Assembly: GCA_963674965.2 (NCBI GenBank)
Contig: CAXXFL010000007.1
Span: forward strand, 96,001-160,000
Source of the DNA: a bacterium
GTDB lineage: Bacteria > RBG-13-61-14 > DATKZS01
Direction of reading: 5' to 3'
DNA length: 64,000 bases
The notes below the pieces were generated by a model. The model searched no databases, had not been told where the DNA came from, and saw nothing but the letters and a program-made list of their open reading frames with translations. Positions 18,536 through 28,856 of the stretch are shown here, one piece after another (within the stretch, counting starts at the first letter, position 1; each line of letters opens with the position of its first letter). The translations under genes and the position numbers were made by a program.

Positions 18536-19888
18536 TCAGGAGGAAGGACCATCGCCCGGGGGCTTGCGGGACACCTTGACCACCAGGCCGTCCACGCCCG
18601 TGATGTATACCTTTTCCCCCTTCGAGATGCTCTCGTCGGAAACGGCGTTCCAAAAGGCTGAAAGGGCGTAGATTTTTCCGCCCTCCGGCCCCACGTCCCT
18701 GGTCGCCTTGCCGGACTCTCCTATCATGCCCTCCTTGCCCGTGGCCACCTTGCTCCGATGCACACGGATGATGGCCGTACCGAAGACTAAAATTACCGCC
18801 GCCGTAAAGAGCACCACCGCGCCCACCAGGGGCCAGGCCGGCGCGAGATCGGGAACGAGGAATGGGTCCATGTCGGGTACCTCCGGCTTGTCGAACAGCA
18901 TAAGCGACCCGAAAACAAGGGCCGCAACCCCGGAAACCGAGAGCAGGCCATAGCTTGTGATAAAAACCTCGGCCACCAAAAGGCCCACTCCCACCGTGAT
19001 TAAAAGAAAACCCGCGTAATTGATGGGCAGGGACGGGGCCACCAGGGCGACGAGAATGCAGGCCACGCCGATGACTCCGGGGAAAATCAGTCCCGGCGAC
19101 TTGAACTCGATGGCTACTCCCAGAAATCCAACCAGCATCAGAATATAGATAAAGTTTGGATTGTTGATCGCGTGCTGGAGTATTTGGGGGATGGTCATTT
19201 CGATCTTGACTATTTCCGCGTCTTTCGTGTCGATTGAAGTCGTGTCTCCGGTTTGTAGCGCGACCGGCTTTATCCCGGGAAGGACGTTATTGACGAGGTC
19301 GTCCATGTCCTTGGCTATGGCGTCGACCACTTTTTGCTCGACGGCCTCCTTGGCCGGAAGGGATTGACTCTCGGTCACGGCCTTCTCGGCCCACTCGGCG
19401 TTCCTTCCCCGAACGTCGCAGATGGACTTGACCCACCCCACCGTGTCGTTGGTGGCCTTCTCCATCATGATGTCTTCCTTGGGAATGGACTTGTATTCCC
19501 CCTCGCTCGAGATCATGACGGGGTGGGCCGCGCCGATGTTGGTGCCCGGACTCATGACCGCCACGTGGGCGGCTATGGCTATCATCATGCCGGCCGAGGT
19601 GGCCGAGGCCCCGGCGGGATAGACGTACACCACGATGGGAATCTGGGAGTCGAGAAAGCTCTGGACAATCTCCTTGGTGGAGGACAGAAGTCCTCCCGGC
19701 GTGTCCAGTTGGATGATCAGGGCCTCGGACCCATCGCTCCTGGCCTTCTGGATGGACTCCTCGACGAAATCCTTGGTGGCGGGAGAGATCACGCCGTCTA
19801 TCTCGATGACGTGTACCTTTTTGGCCCACCCGACCTGGCTCGCGGCCATAATAACAAGGAACGCGGCAATGACTATCAGTTTTCTCAT
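18536..19888 (-). CDS. nfeD: Long-form NfeD membrane serine protease
   Basis: LDTPGG, ATSAG, IGAAHP, a multi-TM middle region and a C-terminal OB fold; adjacent to a slipin gene. Confidence 0.93.
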   Translation of the reverse strand: MRKLIVIAAFLVIMAASQVGWAKKVHVIEIDGVISPATKDFVEESIQKARSDGSEALIIQLDTPGGLLSSTKEIVQSFLDSQIPIVVYVYPAGASATSAGMMIAIAAHVAVMSPGTNIGAAHPVMISSEGEYKSIPKEDIMMEKATNDTVGWVKSICDVRGRNAEWAEKAVTESQSLPAKEAVEQKVVDAIAKDMDDLVNNVLPGIKPVALQTGDTTSIDTKDAEIVKIEMTIPQILQHAINNPNFIYILMLVGFLGVAIEFKSPGLIFPGVIGVACILVALVAPSLPINYAGFLLITVGVGLLVAEVFITSYGLLSVSGVAALVFGSLMLFDKPEVPDMDPFLVPDLAPAWPLVGAVVLFTAAVILVFGTAIIRVHRSKVATGKEGMIGESGKATRDVGPEGGKIYALSAFWNAVSDESISKGEKVYITGVDGLVVKVSRKPPGDGPSS

Positions 19889-20631
19889 TTCTTCTCCTCG
19901 ATCGGAAGTCCCAGATATTCCATGACTTTCTTGATATCGGCCCAGGTTTCCCGTTTCGCCGCGGGGTTTCTCAGAAGGTAGCTCGGATGGTACGTGGGCA
20001 TGACCTTGAGCCCGTCCAGGTCGTGCCAGTTGCCCCGCAGCCGGCTGATGGGAGCCTCGGTCTCGAGCAGGGCGTGGGCGGCGACCCTGCCCAGGGCCAC
20101 GATGGCGCGCGGCTTAATGGCCTCGATCTGTTTTTTCAAAAAGGGAAGACAGGTCGCCATTTCCTCCGGCTCCGGGTCCCGGTTGTTGGGGGGCCTGCAC
20201 TTGACCACGTTGGCGATATATACCTCGGCCCTCTCAAGACGCATTCCCTTCTCGATGACGTCGGTTAACAGCTTTCCCGCCTTGCCCACGAAGGGCAGGC
20301 CCTGGGCGTCCTCGTCCGCTCCCGGTCCCTCTCCCACGAACATGACCCGGGCGTAGGGGTCTCCCTCCCCGAAGACCAGGTTGGTCCGCTTTTTATGGAG
20401 CGGGCAGCGCCGGCAGTCACCCAGCTCGGACTTGATCCTCCGAAGGGACTCGGCCGGGTTCTCCCGCGTTCTTCCCATCCGCTCCCGGGCCGCGCTTCTG
20501 GCCCGCTCGAGTTCCCTTCTGTCCAGGCCCTCAAGGCCCATCTCGAGCTGATACTCGAGATGGGAGCGGGCGGACTCGATCACTTCCATCATTGAGAGGG
20601 GCTCGCGGGATTTATTATTACTATCTGCCAT
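19885..20631 (-). CDS. udg: Uracil-DNA glycosylase family 4 (Fe-S)
   Basis: CRRCPL, GEGPG, FVG.AG, NVVKCRPP.NR and YHPSYLLR. Confidence 0.95.
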   Translation of the reverse strand: MADSNNKSREPLSMMEVIESARSHLEYQLEMGLEGLDRRELERARSAARERMGRTRENPAESLRRIKSELGDCRRCPLHKKRTNLVFGEGDPYARVMFVGEGPGADEDAQGLPFVGKAGKLLTDVIEKGMRLERAEVYIANVVKCRPPNNRDPEPEEMATCLPFLKKQIEAIKPRAIVALGRVAAHALLETEAPISRLRGNWHDLDGLKVMPTYHPSYLLRNPAAKRETWADIKKVMEYLGLPIEEKK

Positions 20632-20817
20632 TTCCGGTTAAAGCTCGGCTTTAGGGCGCCGATACTCAGATTATAGTCTATATGCAAAAGGAACGAGCGT
20701 GCAAACGAGGGTTTTTCCCGAATTGTAAAGATTTTGTAAATGTATCCTTTTCTTTTTCAACGCGTCTTGAAACGTACTAAAAGATGGATATACTTATTTA
20801 GAACTCGCGATGCGGTC

Positions 20818-21741
20818 ATGAAGTGGAGCTTAATTAAAGAAGTCGCTTTCTGGACGGTCTGGTCGTTATGCCTTGTGTTTTTCCTCTCCGGTCCGGCCTA
20901 CGCGTGGGGACCGGCGACGCATATAGAGACCAGCTTATACCTCATCGAGCACCTGGCCCTTTTGGCGCCGGTAGTCCGAAAGCTGATTAAGAGTTTTCCC
21001 AAGGAGTTCGTGTACGGTTCCACCGTGCCGGACATGGTCCTGGGCAAGCGCTACATGCCCCTGGACTGGAACAACCATACCTGGAACGTGGGCTTCCATT
21101 TGCTCGAGAACGCAAGGACAGACGCAGAGCGGTCCTTCTCCTACGGATACCTTTCCCATCTGGCCACGGACACGGTGGCCCATAACATATTCATTCCCGA
21201 CAGGATTCTCTGCCAGTTCGACAAAAGAAGACGCGACCACGTGATGCAGGAACTCATCTTCGACGCCATGATCGACGACGAGGTGTGGAAGATCACCCGA
21301 GACGCGCCCAGGCGTCCTTTCCCGAAATGCGACGAGCTGCTCGAGACCTGCATGCCCAAGACGCCCATCCCGGACAAGATCAACCGGAACATTTTCCACT
21401 GCGGCATGTACTTCATTCAGATAGGCGTTTGGGAGCGGATCATCCGCCGTCTCCGCCGCAACTGGAAGGAAGAGATAGCCGAGCTCTCGAAAACCAGCTA
21501 CCTTGATCATATCCACAGGGTGGGTCTCGAGTTCCTGGCCGACCCCGATAACGCCCCCTGCCTCTTGCAATGCCCCACCGGCAAGGACGTTCTTCCCGAG
21601 GCGAACAAAGTCAAAAGGGAACTCAAGCGCATGAGCCGCCTCCAGGACCTGGGCGAGGAGCAGTACGTCGGCGTGCTGGCCAGTTTCGACCACTGGCGCT
21701 ACATGACGCTCAACCCGGATTCCTCCCGCTCGGGCGTATAA
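20818..21741 (+). CDS. Zinc-dependent phospholipase C family protein
   Basis: Signal peptide then AWGPATH; PD, H, HLATD..AH and H..E zinc ligands. Confidence 0.8.
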   Translation: MKWSLIKEVAFWTVWSLCLVFFLSGPAYAWGPATHIETSLYLIEHLALLAPVVRKLIKSFPKEFVYGSTVPDMVLGKRYMPLDWNNHTWNVGFHLLENARTDAERSFSYGYLSHLATDTVAHNIFIPDRILCQFDKRRRDHVMQELIFDAMIDDEVWKITRDAPRRPFPKCDELLETCMPKTPIPDKINRNIFHCGMYFIQIGVWERIIRRLRRNWKEEIAELSKTSYLDHIHRVGLEFLADPDNAPCLLQCPTGKDVLPEANKVKRELKRMSRLQDLGEEQYVGVLASFDHWRYMTLNPDSSRSGV

Positions 21742-21863
21742 ACCTCGAATATCGATCACCTTCAGCCGCCGGGCCTCTTGTAAAAGCATGGCTTTCGAGT
21801 CATTATGACCTGAATTAAAAGTCGGTGACTTTCAGAAAAGACCGGAGTCGCAAGGAGGTCATT

Positions 21864-22934
21864 ATGGCGGAGCATGAAAAAACCGAGCGCATGCGCTCCA
21901 TCGACATCATCTCATTACTTTCGGCGCGAACGGCCTGGCGTCTGATGCGGGGTATAGTACGCGCTCCCTTTGACGAGGACTTCGCCGGCTGGCCTTTGGC
22001 GGTTTGCTGGTTCACGAATTTTTCCTGCAACGCCAACTGCCACTTCTGCTGCAAGGCCCGCGAGATCCGGGCGGGGAAGGACCGGTTCCCTCCCCTCCCC
22101 CTCGAGGGCTGCAAGGAATTGATGGAAAAGATCAGGAAGAAGGTGAAGCTTCTATATCTTTCCGGCGGCGAGCCCACCATCCATCCCGGCATAGTCGATA
22201 TCCTTCGCGAGGCCCGGGCCCTGGACTTTTCCTCCGTGGGCATGAGCTCGAACCTGATCGCCCTGGACAAGAAGCCCGAGATTCTCGATTATATCGACGC
22301 GATCGGCGTATCGATCCACTCGCCGGACGTGGAGGTCCACGCTAAAAACCTCGGCGTTCCCGCCAAGCTGGCGGAGAAGGTTTTCGAGAACCTGGAGACG
22401 CTGGAAAAGGAAGGGCCCAGGCGCGACGTGAAGGTCCTGGTCAACTGCGTGATAAATTCGCAGAACATGGACACGGTCATGGACATGGTCGAGTTCACCC
22501 GGCGTCGCGGCTTCCTGCTCGAGCTGGTCCCGGCCAACGACCACGGCCGCATACCCGCTGACCTCCACGGCAATCCCCAATATATCGAGTTGATCGACAA
22601 CCTTTTGGCGCTCAGAAAGTCGGGCCAGGCCCGCCACCTGGCCGGCTCGAGCCACTATTACAGGACCATCCGGGATTTCGAGCCCTTCCGCTGTTTTCCC
22701 TACGGCGTGGCCAACATCATGCCCGACGGCCGGCTTTGCACGCCCTGCGACGTATCCGAGCAGTACCACGTTAACGTCCTGGAGCACAAGCATATCAAGG
22801 CGGCGGTCAAGGCCTCGAGAGGCATGTTGGGCGATTATCCTTGCAAGTCGGGCAAATGCTTCAAGGCCGGCATCCTTGAGAGGAGCCGCCTGTTCGGCCT
22901 CCTCGCCGCGGGCAAGGATTACGAGGACAACTGA
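21864..22934 (+). CDS. Radical SAM protein with C-terminal Cys-rich (twitch/SPASM-like) domain
   Basis: CNANCHFC, SGGEP and C-terminal Cys residues; ATG 21864 follows AAGGAGG. Confidence 0.88.
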   Translation: MAEHEKTERMRSIDIISLLSARTAWRLMRGIVRAPFDEDFAGWPLAVCWFTNFSCNANCHFCCKAREIRAGKDRFPPLPLEGCKELMEKIRKKVKLLYLSGGEPTIHPGIVDILREARALDFSSVGMSSNLIALDKKPEILDYIDAIGVSIHSPDVEVHAKNLGVPAKLAEKVFENLETLEKEGPRRDVKVLVNCVINSQNMDTVMDMVEFTRRRGFLLELVPANDHGRIPADLHGNPQYIELIDNLLALRKSGQARHLAGSSHYYRTIRDFEPFRCFPYGVANIMPDGRLCTPCDVSEQYHVNVLEHKHIKAAVKASRGMLGDYPCKSGKCFKAGILERSRLFGLLAAGKDYEDN

Positions 22935-22990
22935 AACGGGGCGTCAGTTCTCTCGTTTATGTGTATTGGCGAATATTGAAGGAAGGTAAT

Positions 22991-23476
22991 TTACGGCTCG
23001 ATGCCGAGTACTACTAACGGCGCCGCCGGCACTCCCCGGCCTTGACGCACGATATTGTAAAACTCCCCTTCATAGTATGGTACCCCTGAACTCATCTGGC
23101 TTTGCAATGTTTTCATGGGAAGAATTTCAATTCCAACGTCGATATGGTCGCCGACGAAAAAGGCGAGGTGTTTGACGAAAAGGTCGTAGGCCACGAAAGC
23201 GTATTTTCCAAACTGCACCTCGACGGCGACTCTGTCCTTTACGAAATCCGTCTGGTTATAGCTGAAGATTGGCGTCCGTCCAGCCAACTCTATCTCGTTT
23301 TTCTGATCATGAGGGTCCATGGAAAGGGTTTTGCAAATCAATTTTTCGTCCTTTGTCACCCAATAATTGACGCGGCTCTCTTTCCAGTTTTTCGATTGAA
23401 GAAGCTTTTTAAAAGAGGCGTTCATATCTATCGGACTATACAGTCTTTTGCCTTTCATGGTTTTTTCTTTGGATAT
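22991..23476 (-). pseudogene. 5'-truncated BglII/BstYI-family type II restriction endonuclease
   Basis: QTDFVKDRVAVEVQFGK..YDLFVKH..EILPMK..MSSG..YYE; family-like sequence appears to begin abruptly at ISKEKTM; no RBS; AT-richer than its neighbours. Confidence 0.7.
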
Positions 23477-23542
23477 CTGATTAAGTTGTGGTTGGATTGG
23501 TTTCAGTGGATCGTATAATGGGCCTATTTAAACGTCTCTATA

Positions 23543-24979
23543 TTATCCCACTTTTTCGATCGGTCTCCATCCCCCGAAAATTTTCTCGAGCCTTGCAGCC
23601 GCGGCCAGCGTTAAATGGTCCTTGTGCCTCGCGCCGACCACCTGGATCGAAACGGGCACGCCGTCCTCCCGGTGGAAAATGGGGATGATGGTGGCGGGAA
23701 AACCCAGAATATTGTAGATACAGGAATATCCTATGCCGAGCACGTCGAGCCATATCCAGGTATGTTTCGGCGCTGGCTTACTGAAGACGGGGCACAGCAT
23801 GACTCCGTTGTCGCCCAGTCTGGCCTCCATTTTTTCGCGGAGGTCCCAGGCAAGATCGAGGAATTTTTTGTTTCGTCCCGCCAGAAGTTGGCCCGGTTTT
23901 TCGATTAACGCCGCGCCCAGTCCCGGAAAGGTGATCTTCGAACGGCGCAGGATAAAGCGCAGTACTTCCCGGCCCAGATCGATGGGCTCTCCATCGCCGA
24001 GGATGCGCGTCATGGGGTCCGGGTTTTCGGAAAGGCCCGCCTGCCAGATATCCACGCCCTTCTCGACGCCCTCGGGTCTCCAGTATTTGACCGGGACACC
24101 GTCGGCCGCCAGCGCCCCCGCGGCCATGCTGACGGCGCGCCGGACGTCATCGTCGCATTTGGCAAACCCGTTGTAGTCGTAGAAGTAGACCTTCAACTCG
24201 GAGAGGTTGACCCGGTCCGGAGAGGTCCATTCATGATCGACCGTCCAGGGGTCTTTTCCGTCGGGACCGATCAGGAGCTTCATGACAAGGTCCAGGTCCT
24301 CCACGCGCCTGCAAATGGGCCCCATCGTGTTATAGCGTCCAAGGTTGCCCTCCGCCGGCGGCCAGTGACCGGTCTGGGGCGTGATCATGGCCGTGGGCTT
24401 GTGCCCGGGAACTCCGTTAAAGGCTGATGGATAGCGGATGGACCCTCCAATGTCGGCGCCCAGGCCGAAGGGCGATCCGCCGGCCGCGACTATCGAACCT
24501 TCACCGCCCGAGGACCCGCCGCAGCCGCGCCCGAGGTCGTAGGGGTTATTGGTCCGGCCATAGACGTGGTTATAGGTCTCGCACCACATGGCGGCTTCGG
24601 GGATGTTGGTCTTTCCCATAATGATCGCCCCGGCGTTTTTAAGGCGGGCCACGGTGGTGGCGTCCTCATCGGCCCGCTTGTCGCGGCGGGCCCAAACCCC
24701 GGCCGCCCATCTCATGCCCTTGACGCCGAAGGTGTCCTTGATCGTGCAGGGCACGCCAAAGAGGGGAGGAAGGTCCCTGGCGCCGCCGGCGAGCCGCTCC
24801 TGTGCGGCCCTGGCCTCGGCGCGGGCCTCGTCGAAGCGGTCCTCGATCAGGGCGTTCAATTTAGGGTTCACCAACTCGACGCGCTTGATGTGAGTCTCAA
24901 GAAGGTCAACCGGGGAAAGCTCGCCCTTCCCGATTAATGCCCTCATTTCCTTTACCGACATGGTTAACAGATCGTTCAT
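23543..24979 (-). CDS. Amidase signature family enzyme (FAAH-like)
   Basis: IKD, GKTN.PE, GGSSGGEG and DIGGSIR. Confidence 0.93.
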   Translation of the reverse strand: MNDLLTMSVKEMRALIGKGELSPVDLLETHIKRVELVNPKLNALIEDRFDEARAEARAAQERLAGGARDLPPLFGVPCTIKDTFGVKGMRWAAGVWARRDKRADEDATTVARLKNAGAIIMGKTNIPEAAMWCETYNHVYGRTNNPYDLGRGCGGSSGGEGSIVAAGGSPFGLGADIGGSIRYPSAFNGVPGHKPTAMITPQTGHWPPAEGNLGRYNTMGPICRRVEDLDLVMKLLIGPDGKDPWTVDHEWTSPDRVNLSELKVYFYDYNGFAKCDDDVRRAVSMAAGALAADGVPVKYWRPEGVEKGVDIWQAGLSENPDPMTRILGDGEPIDLGREVLRFILRRSKITFPGLGAALIEKPGQLLAGRNKKFLDLAWDLREKMEARLGDNGVMLCPVFSKPAPKHTWIWLDVLGIGYSCIYNILGFPATIIPIFHREDGVPVSIQVVGARHKDHLTLAAAARLEKIFGGWRPIEKVG

Positions 24980-25458
24980 TTAATCTCTCCCGTTATCGCG
25001 AAATCGGCCCGGCGCGGTCCGTCTCATATGATTTTAAATTACCCTCCGTTTTTCTCCCGCCTCAATTTTATCTTGCTCATAAAAATGACGCGCTTGGCGG
25101 TTTCGAGTTACAGATCAGACAATATAGCGTCACTGGGCGGCTATTGTCCAGCGGAAAAGAGCGTGGACTTCCACCATTATGCAAAACTTGGGATGTATGG
25201 TTCTTGGTGGTCTGCAAATAAATAGCGGACCACAAAGCCCGAAGGCCTTGAATATTACCCCTTCGGGGGCGGCCGCGTCCGTTTCAGGGGCTTCGGCGGC
25301 CGTCCGCGCGATGAGGCTTTTCACTTAGCGCGGCGGACAACTTGCCGTATGAAAAAAGGAACCAAGATTGAAAAGGTCTAAATGGGGGAAAGTCCTGATC
25401 GCCAGACTGATTTATTGCTCACGGAAGCGCCCACCCACCCCGAAGGTAGAGTTTAAAA

Positions 25459-25671
25459 TCACCAGGCCTGGGGGCGCTCCTTGCGCCAGGGGCTTACGTG
25501 GATGGCGCCCTCGGGGCATTCCAACTCGCAGGTGTAGCAGGTCTGGCAGTCGTCGCGGTAACGGGCGACCGAGTGACCCTCATCCATGTCGATGCGGAAC
25601 ACGTCCATGGGGCAGACCTCGACGCAGGTCTCGCAGGCGATGCATTTTTTCACGTCAATGGACTCGATCAT
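25459..25671 (-). CDS. 2x[4Fe-4S] ferredoxin (AprB-like small subunit)
   Basis: CIACETCVEVCP and CQTCYTCELECP; ATG 25671 follows AAGGA. Confidence 0.92.
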   Translation of the reverse strand: MIESIDVKKCIACETCVEVCPMDVFRIDMDEGHSVARYRDDCQTCYTCELECPEGAIHVSPWRKERPQAW

Positions 25672-25682
25672 TTCCTTTTCCT

Positions 25683-27446
25683 TTATATCGGCTCCGTCGG
25701 CCGGGCCGGATACGAGGAAATGGGGACGTCCTCGAAGTCCGTCTCGATGGAGCCGGCCTGGCCCCGGCGAAGGTTGATCCATTTAAGCCAGTTTCGGTTA
25801 TCCACCTCGGGATACTCGACCCGGAAATGATCGGAGCGGGACTCCCGGCGGAGAAGGGCCGAGCGAAGATAAAGCTCGGCCGCCAGCGTCACGTTACGGG
25901 CCTCGTGAACCTTGCAAAGCTCGTGGGGATCGGCGGCGGCCAGGGCGGGCAGATGGTCGTCGCGAAGGCCCTCAATCCGGGACAGGGCCCTGGAGAGGCT
26001 TTGCTCGTCGCGCCTTATGCAGACGGGATAGGGGACCATGGTCTCCTGCACCGCCGCCAGGACCTGCTCCGGGTTTATGCCAGTTCGGCCGTTTAAAGGC
26101 GACGCGGCCCGGTCCCGGGCCAGTCGGACTTCGTCTTGGCTGAGCCTCACGTCCCCGGCGTCCTTCAAAAACCGGGCGGCGGCCATGCCCGCCAGCTCTC
26201 CGCTTCCCATGGCCCGCATGGTGGACCAGCCGTTGAACAGTCCCGGGTCGATCGACTGGGTCATCCCGGCGGCGAACAGGCCCGGGACGTCGGTCATGAA
26301 ATTCGAGTCCGTGCGCGCCCCTCCCCGCAGGGTCTGGATGGCGGCCACCCACTCCTGGGGCTCGGCGAAAATATTTAGGCCCTTTTCCCTCAGCCTCTTC
26401 AGGTTCAGTTCCACCCAGCCCCCGATCATGGAGAGCGCCCAGTTGCCAGCTATTCCGAGGGGAGGTCTGGAAAGATCGAAATAAAGGGGCGGCCCGTTAC
26501 CTTTTTCGATCTCTTCGGCCATGGCCCTCGTGATATAGGCTATTTCCGCCTTGTTCCCGTCGGGATGGTAGTCCTTCATAAAGGCCCGGCCGTTTTTATC
26601 GAGGAAGCGGCCGCCGTATCTCGCGGCCACTCCCGTTCCCTCGAAGCCGTAGCTGGGAGAGGCCGTGTTCACGCAGAGGAACTCCATGTTGGTCATCCTG
26701 GCGCCCGCTTGAAAGGCCAGGCTGAACCCGTCTCCCGTCACCTGGTCCACGCAGGCGTAATTGCCGCGGAAACTGCAATCGGCCGCCGCCAGTATGACGG
26801 CCCTCGCCTTGAAGCACGCGGTCTCGCCGGAAAGGCGGTCCACGCCGACGGCCCCGGCGGCCCTACCATGGTCGAGCAGTATCTCGGTAATCATGGTTTT
26901 CGGGAAAAGAAGCGTCTTTAGTTCCTTGACCTTCTCGAAGAGGGCCGAAGACACGGCCGCTCCTCCCCGCTTGTTTCTCCAGGTGGGCAAAACGCTCATC
27001 TTCAGGCGCTTGAAGCCCCGGGAGGGCAGGCGCGTCTGGCCGGTTGGCGCCATGCCGTACTTGACTCCCCATGACTCGAGTTTTTTGTATCTGCCATAAC
27101 TTGTATCCAGGATTCGCGAGGTCAGGTCCTGCCTGGAGAGGAAATGGTTGGCCTGGGCTACGTCCAGAACCCACTCGTCCGGGTCGTCCGTGGGGAAGCG
27201 ATATATGGTAGCCCCCGCGCACATGCTGGACATGCTCGAGCGCCCGATCGAGGCCTTGTCCACGATGGCCACCCTTGCCACGCCACACTCGCGCGCGGCG
27301 ATGGCGGCCCACAGTCCGGCGAATCCGCTTCCGACGATAAGGAGGTCGGTCTCGAAAATCCCGTCCGAGGCCAGGGCCTTTCCACCCCAGGCGGTCATGG
27401 CCGCGGCGGCCGCGCCGGTGATTTTGCCGAATTCTCTTCTGTTCAA
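25683..27446 (-). CDS. Tat-signal FAD-dependent oxidoreductase (SdhA/FrdA/AprA superfamily)
   Basis: MNRREF..ALA Tat signal, VGSGFAG, TGDG, GLFAAG and RRESR..HFR.EYP. Confidence 0.88.
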   Translation of the reverse strand: MNRREFGKITGAAAAAMTAWGGKALASDGIFETDLLIVGSGFAGLWAAIAARECGVARVAIVDKASIGRSSMSSMCAGATIYRFPTDDPDEWVLDVAQANHFLSRQDLTSRILDTSYGRYKKLESWGVKYGMAPTGQTRLPSRGFKRLKMSVLPTWRNKRGGAAVSSALFEKVKELKTLLFPKTMITEILLDHGRAAGAVGVDRLSGETACFKARAVILAAADCSFRGNYACVDQVTGDGFSLAFQAGARMTNMEFLCVNTASPSYGFEGTGVAARYGGRFLDKNGRAFMKDYHPDGNKAEIAYITRAMAEEIEKGNGPPLYFDLSRPPLGIAGNWALSMIGGWVELNLKRLREKGLNIFAEPQEWVAAIQTLRGGARTDSNFMTDVPGLFAAGMTQSIDPGLFNGWSTMRAMGSGELAGMAAARFLKDAGDVRLSQDEVRLARDRAASPLNGRTGINPEQVLAAVQETMVPYPVCIRRDEQSLSRALSRIEGLRDDHLPALAAADPHELCKVHEARNVTLAAELYLRSALLRRESRSDHFRVEYPEVDNRNWLKWINLRRGQAGSIETDFEDVPISSYPARPTEPI

Positions 27447-27479
27447 TTTGCCTCCCTGGCGGCGTGTCCGGGTTTTATC

Positions 27480-28799
27480 TTATATCTTCTCGGCCCGTCT
27501 GAGTCCTATGTCCGGGTCTTGTTCGAACTCCCTGGCCGAGCAATAGACGCCGCCGGGCGTGTAGCGGTCGTATTCGGGGGGGACCGTGCCCGGCGGCAGC
27601 TTCCAGAAGTATCCGGGGTAATCGGGGTTGACCACGATGTTGCGGACCACGGCCAGGCCTTTTTCCATCTCGAGACCTACCCACTGCTCGGGCGGGACGG
27701 ACTCGGGCCTTGGCGACCCGCCAAAGCCGACCACCAGTTGGCACGTGCCGTCGGGCAGCATGGGCGCCTCGATATCGGCCACGGTCTTCTCGCAAAAGAC
27801 CTTTTCCGTTTTGGTACGGTCGAAATAATCGAATGAGAGACTGAAGTAGCGCATGTCGGTTTCGCCAGGATCGGGGAAAGGCCCGCCGCGATAGGTCTCG
27901 GCGGGGGTCCGGGCTGGTTTCCAGCGGAACACTAACAGCTCGCCGTACTCGTTGGAGATGGGCGCCATGATATAGTTAGTGTCGGGGCTGGGCACGAAAA
28001 GCAGCTCGTCCTGGGTGTCGGCGCTGGCGTTGTTGATCCATTGAGGGGGAGAGTGGTATTCGCCTATGCCCATGGTGGGGTTGATTATGTTCTTCAGGTT
28101 CTTGAGGATAAGCGCTCCCAGCACGCGGGAATAATCGAGCCTCGATTTCGCGGGGTCTGGACAGCGGGTCTGGCCGTCCTGACCGACTACCACGAACCTG
28201 GGGGGAGGGACGCCGCCGAACACGGCCTGAGGGTGGCCGTCAGCCTGGCTCATGCCCTCGTCGTTGAGGTAGATTCGATAACCCACCACCGCGATATTGT
28301 TGGGCGCTCCCTCGTGGGTGAGGCCGGCGTAAAGAGTATTCTTCTCTTTTATTCCATCGGCCGGCAAAGGCCCCATGACGATCTTGATCTCGAATTCACC
28401 AAGATAATCCGAGCTTCGGTCCACGCCGGGTAAAAAGGGATTTATTCCCTCGAGTGGCTCGACGTCCTTATCCAGGATCGAGTCGAGAAGCAGGAAATCC
28501 TGGTCGTAGACCATGACCGAGGCGTAGCGGGCATGGGGGAAATGAGCGTGAAGTATGGCCGTCTCTCCTGGTTTCATGCGGGCAAGGAATCCGTTGTAGT
28601 TGGCGTTGTAGTCGATGGGCCCGAGACCGGAGGTGGTCCTGGCAGCGGCCAGGGGAAGGGAACACCACCCGTCCGCGAGCTCACGAGGGGAATCGCCTCG
28701 CTTGAGACATGACGCGCAAATTAACGTAATTAAACAAAATAACAATATCGACAAGCGCGCGCTTTTATAGATACATATAAGTCCCTTGCTTGTAAGCAT
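27480..28799 (-). CDS. Putative lipoprotein of unknown function
   Basis: Long ORF co-oriented with the flavoprotein; hydrophobic N-terminus ending ICASC. Confidence 0.75.
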   Translation of the reverse strand: MLTSKGLICIYKSARLSILLFCLITLICASCLKRGDSPRELADGWCSLPLAAARTTSGLGPIDYNANYNGFLARMKPGETAILHAHFPHARYASVMVYDQDFLLLDSILDKDVEPLEGINPFLPGVDRSSDYLGEFEIKIVMGPLPADGIKEKNTLYAGLTHEGAPNNIAVVGYRIYLNDEGMSQADGHPQAVFGGVPPPRFVVVGQDGQTRCPDPAKSRLDYSRVLGALILKNLKNIINPTMGIGEYHSPPQWINNASADTQDELLFVPSPDTNYIMAPISNEYGELLVFRWKPARTPAETYRGGPFPDPGETDMRYFSLSFDYFDRTKTEKVFCEKTVADIEAPMLPDGTCQLVVGFGGSPRPESVPPEQWVGLEMEKGLAVVRNIVVNPDYPGYFWKLPPGTVPPEYDRYTPGGVYCSAREFEQDPDIGLRRAEKI

Positions 28800-28856
28800 A
28801 TTTTATCTTCCTTTGTAATGTGTTCGATGATGTAAAAGAAAAAAATTAGGACATTA

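Noticed and set aside
25459-27446. Calling the pair aprAB or sdhAB
   Set aside because: The Tat signal, missing Sdh catalytic motifs, short ferredoxin and absence of sat/qmo or membrane-anchor genes argue against it
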